DNA of 43,453 nt from Guillardia theta CCMP2712 (lineage: Eukaryota; Protista; Cryptophyta). Below are positions 10,110 through 23,054 of the stretch, piece after piece (position 1 is the first letter of the stretch; the number at the start of each line of letters is the position of its first letter). A model generated the notes under the pieces. The model made no database searches, was not told the DNA's origin, and saw only the letters and a program-made list of their open reading frames with translations. Where the stretch lies: assembly GCF_000315625.1 (NCBI RefSeq), contig NW_005434627.1, positions 185,915 through 229,367 of the forward strand, read 5' to 3'. The translations under genes were made by a program, and so were the position numbers.

Positions 10110-10843
10110 GACTTGACGTTCCGTCGTCCACCTCCGCCTCTTCCTGCACTCACTGTCACCTCCTTTCACCATTGCTCGCGCTCTTGCCGAGGTGTTCGCG
10201 GGCTTGGCGTAGGTAGAGGAGGAGAGAGAGTTGTGGAGGTTGAGGGGGGGAGTGACGTGGGTCTCATGCTGTTTCTGAGTCACTCATGTCCAACTACCGT
10301 CACCTCTTCACCTGCCGCTTCACTTCATGGTGATCTTCCTTTGCCGAGCGATGACGGATGCCGTCTCTGCTTGCATCACATGCTGTCAGCTAGACACCTT
10401 CACACCCATTGAATGGTCGAGCCCTCTCTCAAGCTCCAGCTCCCTCCCAGCTATGCTCTAAGATCCTTGACCTCACATCTAGTGAGTCAGCTTTGCTCTC
10501 TCCTTCCACAGTTCGCTCGCCTCCCCGTTTGCTTGAGGAATGTCAACAAGAATGTCCCAGACATTAATCCATCAGCTTTCGCTCTCCATTGGATTTGGAT
10601 GATCATATATCGCCATGTGCATTTGAAAAACTTCCTGATCATGTTCACCGTTTTCTGTTGCCTTCTGTTCTCTCTTGTGTTCTCTCGTGTCTTATGTTTT
10701 GTCTTGTCTTCTCTCTTCTCTTCTCTTCTCTTCTCTCTTCTCTCTTGTCCTGTCTTGTGTTGTGTTGTGTTGTGTTGTCTTCTCTTCTCTCTCACCTCAC
10801 TTCCATGCCCTCCAGCTTCGCTTGTTCCCTCGCCCCTGCCATG
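10110..10843 (-). CDS. Possible short multi-exon hypothetical gene
   Basis: Plausible exons (MAGAREQAKLEGME|KTVNMIRKFFKCT..., MQAETASVIARQRKITM) bounded by GT/AG. No recognisable family. Confidence 0.25.
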
Positions 10844-11005
10844 GCCGGCACCAAAAGAGGTATCTGGAAAACGATCACAGAATCTGAAGGACCGGTTCTT
10901 TTACTGGAAATCTGGGGGGTACTGTCAATGATCATAGTGGGGGACGAAGCGGTTACAATGCAACGGTTACATGCAACAGGATCAGTCAACTGAAACTGAC
11001 AAGTG

Positions 11006-12089
11006 ATGAAAGGTCCGCCTCAGAGCAAACACGCCGTTGAAATGAACGAAGATACAATGAACGGAGCTGGAGGAGAGGAGAGGAGAGGAGAGGAGAGGAG
11101 AGGAGAGGAGAGGAGAGGGAGAGGAGAGGAGAGGAGAGGAGAGGAGAGGAGAGGAGAGGAGAGGAGAGGAGAGGAGAGGAGGGAAGGGAAGGGAAGGGAA
11201 GGGAAGTTGACTGGAGGAGAAGGGAAGGGAAGTTGACTGGCGTTCATCAGCTTGGAGAGGTCGACTGGAAGATGGGAAGCAGCGACAGAATGGTGAGCTC
11301 ATCTGTTACTACCTCACGAGTCTGACGGTGAGGGCAGGTAGCAAGTGACGCCCGTCAAGGGAGGAGGCGAGAGGATGCAGAGGATCGCAGGTTTCTCCTT
11401 GTCCTCCTTGTCCTCCTCCTCACCCAGACCCAGCAGATTGCGAGAAACTCCAGCTGACGTCCTGCTAACGAACATGAAGGACGCTCATGCACTTGTCGGC
11501 TCGGGACATGTCACGAGGATGCGGAAGCTCTCGCAGGTGAGGAGGAGGAGGCGTGATGGACTCACACCTTGATGTGTGCGTGTGTTGGGAGGGAGGGGGG
11601 AAGCAGGAGCACTGCTCGTCTCCTCACTGCTCGTCTCCTCACTGCTCGTCTCCTCACATGCTGCAGCTCCGGACCATCTACTCGCCCCTTGAGCCGCGTC
11701 CTCTTGCTCGCAGCCTCCGTCCTCACTCAGGTGCTGCCGGGAGAGCCACAAGGCAGAGGATGACGTTGCACAGCCTCCTCGCTCGTGGAGAGACGCAGAA
11801 CCGAGTGCGGGGCAGCAGAGAAGCGGCGGAAAGTCGCGAAGAAGCTTCCAAGGGAGCAGGGAAAGGAGCGAGGAAGGGAAGAGAAGAAGTGAGGCAGTTG
11901 GTTGACATGCGCGAGACTAAATCAGCCGAGCAGAAAGTCAGGCGAGAAGAAGACTCGAGCTGCGAGTCAACGACCCTCCATCGCTCAACTGATTGCTGAC
12001 CTCCGCAGGGTAATGACAACGATGATGATGGAGATGATGGAGATGATGGAGATGATGATGATGATGATGGAGATGATGATGATGATGGA

Positions 12090-12187
<98 letters not shown>

Positions 12188-13075
12188 CGACGATGGAGAT
12201 GATGATGATGATGGAGATGATTACATGTTGGATTCAAGCGTACGAGAGGATAGAGAGACTAACTTCATACTCAGAGTGCATTTGAGTGCGAGGAGGAGAA
12301 ACGATATGAAGCAGAGAAGGAGGAAGAAGCAAGAAGGAGTATCAGAGGCGAAGGAGAAGCATCAAGGAGTGGCAGGGGTGTCGTCGAGTCAGCAACCAGG
12401 AGCACGCGAGGTTTCCTTGTGCTCCTGTCACGTCTGGTACTCAAACGCGTGGGACGCAGGCGGACGGGTGAAGAAGACGAAGACGCTGAGAGGAGGGCAG
12501 GAGGAGGAGGAGAATACTCTCGCGCGAACCTTGTCCTCTCTCTCCTCCTCCCTGCCTTGGCTGCATGAGGCGCCATGCCGAGCGGAGGCCTGGAGGGCAG
12601 AGGGAGGGGACGCGCTGCTGGACTGGAGGAGGCAGAGGGCGATGGCGGAACTTTCTGTGCTGCATGCTGGCGAGTCGAACGCTGTGCGGGAAATCCGAAG
12701 GAGACTAGAGAGGCGTGAGAATGAAGATGAGGAGAGGGAGAGGGAGAGGGAGAGGGAGAGGGAGATGGAGGAGGAGGAGGAGGAGGAGGTTAAACTCGTT
12801 AACGCCTCAACTCTGATGTCCACGCTGACGCTGCAGCCAGCACCTGTCAGGTTTGACTTGCTCTGCTCGTTTGCAGACTGACGGTGAGCAGACGACCGTT
12901 TGGATGGGGCCGAGGGGAAAAAGAGACGAACGAGGGCTCGGGAGGAGGAGGAGGAGGATGTTCAAGCATATGCATCGACGAGAAGGATCTGCTTGCTCGC
13001 TGCTTGGAAGAGAGTGTCGATCGTGTTCTATTCGGGGAAGAAACATTCCATCGCTTCTTCTCCTTCATGGACTAG
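11006..13075 (+). CDS. Hypothetical multi-exon protein (charged, low complexity)
   Basis: Exon-like segments separated by GT..CTGAC..AG introns (e.g. LRETPADVLLTNMKDAHALVGSGHVTRMRKLSQ|LRTIYSPLEPRP; CIDEKDLLARCLEESVDRVLFGEETFHRFFSFMD*). No domain recognised. Confidence 0.45.
11070..11205. repeat. (GAGAG)n/(GGGAA)n pentamer microsatellite
   Basis: Directly visible. Confidence 0.9.
12013..12220. repeat. (GAT)n microsatellite
   Basis: Directly visible. Similar tracts at 13667-13850, 20840-21100 and 33170-33296. Confidence 0.95.
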
Positions 13076-13148
13076 ATGCTGAAGTAGTGATCTCATGATG
13101 ATGATGATGATGAGGATGATGATGAGGATGATAATGCAATCAAGGTGC

Positions 13149-13708
13149 TCACGCCTCCTCTTCCTCCAGCAGCACCTGCACTCACGTCATGCACTTTCCT
13201 TCCATCGCTTCTCCTACCTCAAGCGGGTATTGGATACACCCCAAGATCATGTCGACCAGATTGTCTGTTAGCTGAAGGAAAGAAAAGAATGCAGGGAAGA
13301 GAACAGAAGAGGAGAGAAAGGAGATGGGAGGTAAGGGGGAGGAGATCAGAGCGTGCGGGTCAGTTATGCAGCAAGGGAGGAGGTTGACGTCACCAGTCGC
13401 AGCTGACTGTCTCGTCCCAGTCGAGGATGCAGCCCCATCACGACGACCATCTTCACCTCTCCTGCTCTTCATGTCAGCTCGACCTCAGCTGGCAACTCAG
13501 ACCCCGCGGCGACGGGGAGCGATTGGCGGCAGTGAGGGCAACACGCTCAGCTTCCTTGAGTGAGAGGGGGCGGGGGAGGGAGAGAAACTCCAGGCCCGTG
13601 TGCGCCTGCAGGAGACCCGTCCACGCGTCCAGGGGGCTGCAGCAGCGCGAGTGAGGAGTACCAGCATGATGATGATGAAGATGATGATGATGGTGATGAT
13701 GATGATGG

Positions 13709-13773
<65 letters not shown>

Positions 13774-15876
13774 ATGATGATGATGATGATGATGATGGAG
13801 ATGATGATGATGGTGGTGATGCTGATGATGATGATGATGATGATAATGATNNNNNNNNNNNNNNNNNNNNNNNNNNNNNNNNNNNNNNNNNNNNNNNNNN
13901 NNNNNNNNNNNNNNNNNNNNNNNNNNNNNNNNNNNNNNNNNNNNNNNNNNNNNNNNNNNNNNNNNNNNNNNNNNNNNNNNNNNNNNNNNNNNNNNNNNNN
14001 NNNNNNNNNNNNNNNNNNNNNNNNNNNNNNNNNNNNNNNNNNNNNNNNNNNNNNNNNNNNNNNNNNNNNNNNNNNNNNNNNNNNNNNNNNNNNNNNNNNN
14101 NNNNNNNNNNNNNNNNNNNNNNNNNNNNNNNNNNNNNNNNNNNNNNNNNNNNNNNNNNNNNNNNNNNNNNNNNNNNNNNNNNNNNNNNNNNNNNNNNNNN
14201 NNNNNNNNNNNNNNNNNNNNNNNNNNNNNNNNNNNNNNNNNNNNNNNNNNNNNNNNNNNNNNNNNNNNNNNNNNNNNNNNNNNNNNNNNNNNNNNNNNNN
14301 NNNNNNNNNNNNNNNNNNNNNNNNNNNNNNNNNNNNNNNNNNNNNNNNNNNNNNNNNNNNNNNNNNNNNNNNNNNNNNNNNNNNNNNNNNNNNNNNNNNN
14401 NNNNNNNNNNNNNNNNNNNNNNNNNNNNNNNNNNNNNNNNNNNNGGAGTTAAAGGAGGAGGAAGAGGAGGTCGAGAATGAGGAGGAGAAGAAGAAACTCG
14501 AGGAGGAGGAGGAGGAGGAGGAGGTGGTGGTGGTGGTGGAGGAGGAGGTCGATGAGGAGGAGGAGTACCTGGGCTGTCAGCCCTGTCTTAGTGAGATCGA
14601 GTTCCTGCCATGTTTGCTTTGCCGCCAGGAGCTGCAGGAGGTGCGAACCCCCCGCTGCTCCCAAGTCGTTGTATGACAAACTGATACTGAGCGGCAGGTC
14701 AGCGATAACTTCCTGCCCTCGCCTCCTCCTCCTCCTCCTCCTCCTCCTCACCTCGTTATGCTCGGGTGATTGTGCGCGGCGTTCAACACTCCCATGCATT
14801 CGGCGACCCACAGCTTGCAGTTGCTGAGCAGCAGCCGCTCGAGCCTCTGGTGCTGGCGGATCACAGCCAAGAGAAGCTGCAGACACTCGCCATGGACGGC
14901 ACTGCCGGAGAGGTCGAGGACCCGCAGCTGAGTTTGTCGCGTGAGCAGAGTCAAGACCTCTTTCATCATCCAGTAGTTGAGCTAGCAGGTAGTCAGGCCG
15001 GCAACTAGAGAACAGAAGGGGAGGGGAAGGGGGAGGGGGAGGGGAAGAACCTTGACGGGGGAGAGGTCCAGCTCTTGGATCTCTGCTTGGCTTGCAGCAT
15101 CTTCGATCCACATGGCGTCGACCCGCAGGCAGGAGCAGCCGAGGAGGCGCGAGTGGTTGACGGACACGAAGACCATGTCCTTGTTGGCCTGCAGGCGGTG
15201 GGGTCATGCAGGAGCGCAGGAGGCAGCAGGCCATGGGTACCAGGCTGATCGTCCTCCTTGCGATCTCGTCGCTGCTGATCGTCCTCCTTGCGATCTCGTC
15301 GCTGCTGGTCTTGATGAACGACTTGACGCGCGTCAGGCTGTGGATGGCTCGGGTGATCATCGGGCATCCCTCCATGATCCTCAGCCGGCTGTTCCACCCG
15401 TTTTGCTCCAGCGCTGCAGCGACTAGAAACCCTTCCGGCTGCTGGCAGATACCTTGCAGCGCGACCATGATCTCTCTCTCCGACAGCTGCTCGTTCCTCA
15501 GGATGTCGTTGAGCGCTGAGGCGACCAGCGTCTCCACCCTCTTCCGATCCCTCCGCAAGCTCCTCTCCTTACACCGCGACAGCTCTGCCAGCAAGTCAGA
15601 CCAGGCGACACAACTTGGACTCGTACCGAAGTCAGCTGGACCCTGACCGTCTCGCTCGCCTCCGAGGTCAGACTCATGTCGGGGGGGAAGGGCAGGGAGG
15701 CAAGTTTGTATGACTGGCCAGACTGTTCAGAATCTCTTGACAACCTCCCTCCGGCTACCTGTCTCCTCCTCATCCCAGTAGGACAGGTCGCGAGTTGCCT
15801 CCTTGTCGTCAAGGATCAGCTCCCCGACCACATCCATGAGCCTCCTCAGCCTCGGCCTGCTGTCTGCCATCAACAT
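13149..15876 (-). CDS. RNI-like leucine-rich repeat protein (spans an assembly gap) with a C-terminal MGLHPRLG...LLTDNLVDMIL motif
   Basis: LRRs IQELDLSPV, LRVLDLSGSAV, LERLLLSNCKL, LSLSYNDLGAAGGSHL, WQELDLTKTGL. Consistent GT-AG exon chain from ATG 15876 (MLMADSRPRLRRLMDVVGEL). Last exon VLLEEEEA* ends at 13149; linkage across the gap is assumed. Confidence 0.78.
13851..14444. other. Assembly gap (N run); further gaps at 17955-18332, 20740-20839, 34284-34383 and 42275-42374
   Basis: Runs of n, each flanked by simple repeats or a GC-rich island. Confidence 1.
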
Positions 15877-18537
15877 CCGTCACCCTGCTGTAGGCGATAC
15901 AAGACGGCAAGAAGCAACACTCCGGCCTTGAAGCAGCAGCAGCAATGAGGGCAGGCGACGTGAGAGACACAGGAAGGAAAGGAAGGGAAGGATCAAAATG
16001 GGTTGTCAAGGGATGAGGTCGGAGGTGGCAGCAGTGAGGGGATATCTTGATAGCTGTAAAGGTGATGATAACACCTTTACAGCAATGTTGATACGTGTAA
16101 CATGCCAGCAACGAGATCATGCGAGTGAAGGAGAAGAGGTGAAGACAGGGACGAGAGCGATAGGGGTGCATTGAGCACATGCTGTGCTGTGCCGCTGGTG
16201 ATGATGATGCTCTGCCAACGAAGACAGGGTGATGAGGATGTGCAGACATGACGGGAAGTAGCCGAACATGAGGGAGTGAGTGAGTGAGTGAGGGAGGGAG
16301 GGAGAAAGGGAGGAGGGAGAGAGGGAGGAGGGTCATGAGGGAGGAAGGGAGGGAGGGAGGAGGGACATGAGGGAGGAGGGAGAGATACGAGGATCATCTC
16401 TGTGTTAGGGGAGAGGAGCCATTGCGAGCAGGGACTGGTGAGATATCCCAAAGCTGAACTAGTGTTGTTGAGAGGGGTGGGGGTATATTGTTTCCCACGG
16501 AAGTAGGGGTATCGTGATATGAATATGTAGGGTGGGGTCATCACAATTTCCCAGGGTATAATGTGGGTGGGTGGGTCAGTGGGGCGCTACTGGAGTTTAA
16601 AATGAGTTTTAAATATCGAGATTAAGATAGGGGTGGGTAGTACGAAACGTGAGAAGTCCCTCCATCATCTTTGTATGAATATCATGAAATTTCTATAAGT
16701 AAGATACTAAGTGATTTGATAGAAGGTTCAACCCTTACCCTCCTGCCTCCTCCCAGTGCCCCATAACTTCTGTCTCCTGTCTCTCCCTCTCCTCGCTCAA
16801 CCTTCTGTGTCAACTTTAAAAATAACCACAAATCTTTCACCACCCCACCCCATACAGGGCAACTCAATCATTACCCCTACCCCTTCTCCCCACATTTGTA
16901 CCTCCACCTACCCTACCTATTGTCAGTTCACCACCCCAACTTTCCTAATTCCTCTATCCCACGCGAACCTACCCCACCCACCCCAGTCTTGTCACCGACC
17001 CCCACACTCGTCATTCCTCCCGCGAATGTACCCCACCCTCCTCATTCACTCATCAACAATGGTCAGAGCAGGGGGTACTGGTACCCCGGAAAACTGATGA
17101 CGGACCGAGCCCAACCGATCAGGTAAGTAAACCAGTAAAAACTACTTCCTCGTACTGATTTTTAACTCAACTTTGAGTAAAAAAAGTAAAACCCGTAAAA
17201 ATCGGACTCAGAACAGCCAGCTGTAGCCTAGTCACTGAGGCTCAGACTCGGAACTTCGGAACTTGAAGAGTGACGGGCCGGGCCCGGGCCGTACTACGTC
17301 AACTGGACAGACGGAGCACACTGAAGTTTGTTACTGAGACTTGTACTGCACTGTGCCACTGAAGTAATGCAGACATCACATAGACCCAAGTTAAGGGGCC
17401 CGCCAACAAGTTGCAACTTACCCGGCGGACCGTGGCAGTTTTTGCTCACTGAGGGCCGGGCCGAGTTTAAGTAGTGCACACGAACTTGAACGGTCCGACA
17501 GAACTTGAAGGCTTCGGTGACTTCGGAATCAGTAGGCTCGGAGTGATACATCGGAGAGAGGCTTCTGAGACCGTTGTATGCTAGGATGTGAAACCCGCGC
17601 GGCGCACTGCCAGGAGGCTGGCACTGACTCGGAGTGAGTGACGGTGGTTGAAGCCGCCGGGGCACCGTGACCGTCGACCCCTCAGGGCGGCAGACTCCGT
17701 ACATCCGATCATGCCGCCGAGTCGGATTGAAGACGCGGCTAGGAACTTGAAGGCCTCATCCGAAGTTCGTCGCACCGTCGTACTACGGTACTCAGTGACT
17801 TGTCAGTGACCGTTGGTGCCGCATCCGGCGAGGCCGCAGTGGCACGGCCCGCGCCGGCCGGGCGGGCCGCCGGGGCGGCGGCCCGGTCCGGCCGCCGCCG
17901 CCGGTCACCGCGGCCCACTGCCAGGCTGGCACAGTGATCGCCCGGTCTCCGACTNNNNNNNNNNNNNNNNNNNNNNNNNNNNNNNNNNNNNNNNNNNNNN
18001 NNNNNNNNNNNNNNNNNNNNNNNNNNNNNNNNNNNNNNNNNNNNNNNNNNNNNNNNNNNNNNNNNNNNNNNNNNNNNNNNNNNNNNNNNNNNNNNNNNNN
18101 NNNNNNNNNNNNNNNNNNNNNNNNNNNNNNNNNNNNNNNNNNNNNNNNNNNNNNNNNNNNNNNNNNNNNNNNNNNNNNNNNNNNNNNNNNNNNNNNNNNN
18201 NNNNNNNNNNNNNNNNNNNNNNNNNNNNNNNNNNNNNNNNNNNNNNNNNNNNNNNNNNNNNNNNNNNNNNNNNNNNNNNNNNNNNNNNNNNNNNNNNNNN
18301 NNNNNNNNNNNNNNNNNNNNNNNNNNNNNNNNGGGGGGGGGGGAAGGAGACAGGTCAGCAGCAACCCAGACGATGATGAGATGAAGGAGGAGGTGGTGGA
18401 AAGGCGACGAGAGTGCATGAATCTCCTCGTGTATCAGGACAGCTTCATGATGCTTGTGGAACTCACAGATGCTCAGGAACATCAAGACAAGATGGTCCAA
18501 GCTCGCTGAGTTGGTTGCCAGCACATCTGATCTCGAC

Positions 18538-19590
18538 ATGTATCAGCATTCCCGTCGTGCTGCCATCAAGTCTGTGAGGTGGTTGCTCTGCTTTGTTCTT
18601 CTGCGAGCTAGCGACTCGTTTTTGGTCTGCAACGAGTTGCAGTCAGTGTGCATCAAGAGCTTGCTGGGTAGCACAAGTGCCAGCAGCTCCTGCGCATGGC
18701 GTGAGGCTCGTGTGGCTCCCTCAGGAAGAGCGTTGGACCTGCCTGGAGGGAAGGGAGGGAACTGCTGGTTCAGAGGAGGAAGGCTGCGGTTGCAACTGCA
18801 TGCCGGGCCCAGGCCGTCTCGCGCCATGGCGGAGGAGGTGAAGACGAGAGGAGGTAACTCGACGAGGACGATGGAGGCGACCAGAGGGAGAGACGTGCTG
18901 GAGACGCTGGCGGGGTGGCAGCAGCGATGGGGGAGGAGCGAAGTGTGGAAGTGGCGGTGGAAGGGCTCCTGGCTGTGAGCGATGCAGGTAAGAGCACGCG
19001 GGGGTGACGCGAGTGAGAGATGAGCAGCGAGGAAGTCGAAGTTGGACGTGTCGCTCCTCCCCGACCCCTCCAAGTCGCTCGAGAAGATCAGCAAGCTCGT
19101 CGAGACCTCCGCCGGCTCCCTGGCACCCTCCCAACTGGTGAACTTGATCAGACGGTGAGTGGAAGCATGATGGAGGAGGAGGAGGAGGAGGAGGAGGAGG
19201 AGATGCATCTTATTTGACGATGACGACTGCAATGGTGGTGGTGATGATGCTGGAGATATTGAGGTTGCTTGGACGTTGGTTCTACACATGAGCTGGATGG
19301 TTGGGTTGTATCATGACGTTTGTATCAGTTTACCTTCTTCCCATCTGTTCTCTTCTCTTCGTCTCAAGCTTTCTGTCTCTCTTCAATCCCAACTTGACAG
19401 GTTCAGCACGCTCTCTCGCTGCCCTCCTCCTCCTCCCACGTCTCTCTGACCTCTCTGCCAGTCTCTCCTCCAAGGAGATCTGCCTCCTCCTCAACCTCGT
19501 CGCTCGGGCCCACAAGATCCCCAAGACAAGGCAGGACGTTAGTACCTGCTGACATCTCCCCCGCTCCTCCTCTCCTTTGGTCCTTCTGTT

Positions 19591-19635
<45 letters not shown>

Positions 19636-20901
19636 TTCTGCCTCAGCTAGCCCTCGTCTTCCTCTCGTCTTCTCTTCCTCTGCTCGTTTTCATCCTGGCT
19701 CATGTCGCTCTCAGCCAGTGCAAGCGGAGCTGAAGAAGATGCTCCCGTCGCTGCTGGGAGTTCTGCTGGAGAGAAAGGAGGCGAGGCAGGAACAGGAGCA
19801 GCAGCTGGACAAGTTTGACATCTCCGCCCTGGCCAACGCCCTTGGGATCTTGTTCCCCACGTCGTCGAGAGGAGGAGGAGGAGGAGGGCAGGAGCAGGAG
19901 CGAGGGAGGGGGGTAGGGAAGGGGAAGGGGAAAGGATTCCCTCCTCGTCTCTCCTCGACTTGGTCCGCATGCTCCTCGACAGTTTTGCGCGGGTGGTGGA
20001 GGGAGGGGAGGACGACGTGGTGACAGCAGCCACGCTGCTCAACGGGCTCAGCCGGGTGGGTTGGAAGGAGCTGAGTGAGGAGGGAGAGTTTCGCTCGTCT
20101 CTCCTCCTCCTTCACTCCAGCCTCCTCCGTCCTCCTCCCTCAGCCCTGCAGCCCCGGCACATCGCCATGTCGCTGCACGCCATGTGGAAGATGCAGACTC
20201 CTCCTCCTCCCGCAGTGCTCGAGCAATTTCTGGCTGCCTGGAGGGTGAACGCGGAGCAGGAGGAGGGGAGGAAGGGCGAGGAAGACGGGCGAGGGGGGAG
20301 GGAGGAGAGAAGAACAGGCATGTCGTCGCAGGACGTGGGGCTGGTGACGTTCTCGCTCATGTCTCTCGGGCTGTCGCGACATGAGCTCATGGTCGAGGCT
20401 CTTGCTTCCTCCCGCCTCCTCCCTCCTCGCGCTTGGGACGGTCAGGCCATCGCCAACACGCTCGCGTCCTTTTCCTTTGCGCTAGAGCACCTCGCTCCCT
20501 CTCCCTCCTCTCCCTCCTCTCCCGACCTTCTCGCGGTGCTGCTGGCTGGACTTGGCGAGGTCCTGCAGGGGGAGAAGTTGAAAGGCTGCGAGCTCGGGTC
20601 GCTGGTCTCCTCCCTCTCCTCCTGCGGCCTCTCCGTCCGCTCCCACCCTCTTCTCTTCCTCTCACTCGGCGAGAAAATCTGCAAGCTCAACAAGGTGAGT
20701 AGAGGGAGGAGGGGAGGAACTGGGAGAGGAAGAGGAGGGNNNNNNNNNNNNNNNNNNNNNNNNNNNNNNNNNNNNNNNNNNNNNNNNNNNNNNNNNNNNN
20801 NNNNNNNNNNNNNNNNNNNNNNNNNNNNNNNNNNNNNNNGATGATGATGATGGAGATGAATGATGATGATGATGATGATGAAGTGATGATGACCCGATGG
20901 A

Positions 20902-20968
<67 letters not shown>

Positions 20969-22489
20969 ATGATGATGATGATGATGGAGATGGAGATGGT
21001 GGTGGTGGTAGTGGTGGTGATGATGATGATGGAGATGATGATGATGATGGAGACGATGGAGATGGTGATATGGAGATTACGTTGATGGTGGTGATGATGA
21101 TGTGGCTGTGGCTGCTGCTGCTGCTGAAGGAGCTTGCAGACATCTCATGAAGCAAGGGAAGGGGAGCGATCCTCAGCTTCTCTCAGCTCGTGACGCTTCA
21201 ACGGCGCTGTTGTCCCTCGCTCGTTCCTCCTCCTCTGGGGCTCCAGCAGTGATGGAGGTGGCGACGGCAAGTTTGTCGTCTCCCTCCTCCCTCCTCTCTC
21301 TCGATCACCTGGCCCTCGCCTCTCGCTCCCTTCTTGCCTGCAGAAAACAACAACTACTACAACAACAGCAACAACAGCACCTTCTCCTCTCGTCTGCCAC
21401 CCAGGTGACTTCGCAGCCAGGAGGAGAGGAGGGAGGATAGAGGGCTGACGCATGGGACAGAATGTGCTGATACGGAGCAAGGAAATGATCAGAGGAAACG
21501 GAAAGGAGATGGAAGAGGCGACGCGGGAGCTGTTGGATGTCTACGCGTTCGTCTCCTTCCTCTCCCTCTCAGACGGTCAAGTCGCTCAAGTTGCCGACGA
21601 GGTGGCGACGAGGATCGAGGAGGCTGCCTCCTTCTCCTCTTCCTCCCTCTGGCGGCCGCGAGTAGCCGCAAGCATGCTGCAATCGATGTCGAGACGGCGT
21701 GGGGAGGCGGCGGGGAGGGCGAGGGAGCGAGTGCTGCAAGGGCTACAGGAGCAGGAGGAGTGGAGCGGGGAAGAGCTGGGGATGGTAGCAAACCTGATGA
21801 GGGAGCAGGGAGGGGCGGAGGACTTGACCGTCCTCGTCGCTAGTCGCACGTCGCAGCTGCTCGCGAGAGAAGGCGAGGTGGAGCTAGAGGATCTTGCGGC
21901 GATCGCGTCCTACGTCTCGTCGAGGGAGGGAGGAGGGAGAGGGAGGGAGGAGGAGAGGAGGAGGTGCCTGGAGGGGATCGCAGAGGAGCTGGTGGCTCGG
22001 GGAGTGACGAGGATGTCGCTCTCCTCCCTCACGCAGCTGCTGCTGGGGCTGACGAGGTCAAGGCAGCTGCCTCCCTCGCTCAAGCAGCTTCTGTTCGCCT
22101 CCATCCGCAAGAACTCTCTGCGCTCCTTCTCCTCCTCCCATATCATTAACATTCTCACCGCCCTCTCGCTGGAGCAGCAGCAGCAAGAGCTCGAGGAGGA
22201 GCAGGAGGAGCAGGAGGTAGCAGGGGAGCTGCTGCTGTCGCCGAGTCAACGGGGGATGCTCGACTTCATAGTGACAGTGATGCTCAACATGAGGATGGAA
22301 GAGGAGCCTCTGCCCTCCCTCGCCCTCGTCGCCTCCTCCCTCGCTAAACTCACTTACGCTCATGCCAACTTTGAGATCTTCCGCAGGATGGTAAGAAGAC
22401 TCTATGCCTGCCTGCCTGTCGCTGCTCCTCCTCCTCCTTCTCGCTCTCTGTCTCTCCCTCCCTCCCTCCCTCCCTCCTCTCTGTCTCTG

Positions 22490-22520
<31 letters not shown>

Positions 22521-22995
22521 GTCTCTTCCAGGTGCTGACGGGGCGTCAGGCTCGGATCCTGCAGGAGCGAGAGGAGGAGGTCATGAGCTGCTCGGACCTT
22601 CTTGTCCTCAGTCGCTTCCTCCGCGGCTTCTCCTCCGCCTTTCCACTCCGATCCTCCTCCTCCCCCCCCCAGCTCATCATGTCTGAAGTTGCCCTCCCCG
22701 ATATCCTCTTCCAAGACCAAACCTTCTCCCTCCTCACCCGCCCTGCTCTCCTTGAGGTCTCCTGCTCTCCTGCTCTCCTGCTCTCACCTTGTGCTAGGAC
22801 GCGTCGCAACTGGCAGCGCAAGGGCATCGCTCGCTCGCTGTCTTCGCTTCCTCCCTCGTCAAGTTTCCTTCTCCTCTCAACGCCACCACTCAGCAGGTTA
22901 GACCCTCCGCCTCTCCTCCCTCTCCCGCCCCCACTCCTCCTCCCTCTCACTTCCACCCTCGCTCCCTAATCCTCACGCTTGTCTGGTTGGTCTGA

Positions 22996-23054
<59 letters not shown>

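Noticed and set aside
11902-14676. Poly-Met/Asp/His ORFs and ORFs spanning N runs
   Set aside because: Artefacts of (GAT)n microsatellites and assembly gaps.
18345-18509. Exon-like frame SNPDDDEMKEEVVERRRECMNLLVYQDSFMMLVELTDAQEHQDKMVQAR*
   Set aside because: Its upstream part lies in a gap, so a gene cannot be supported.
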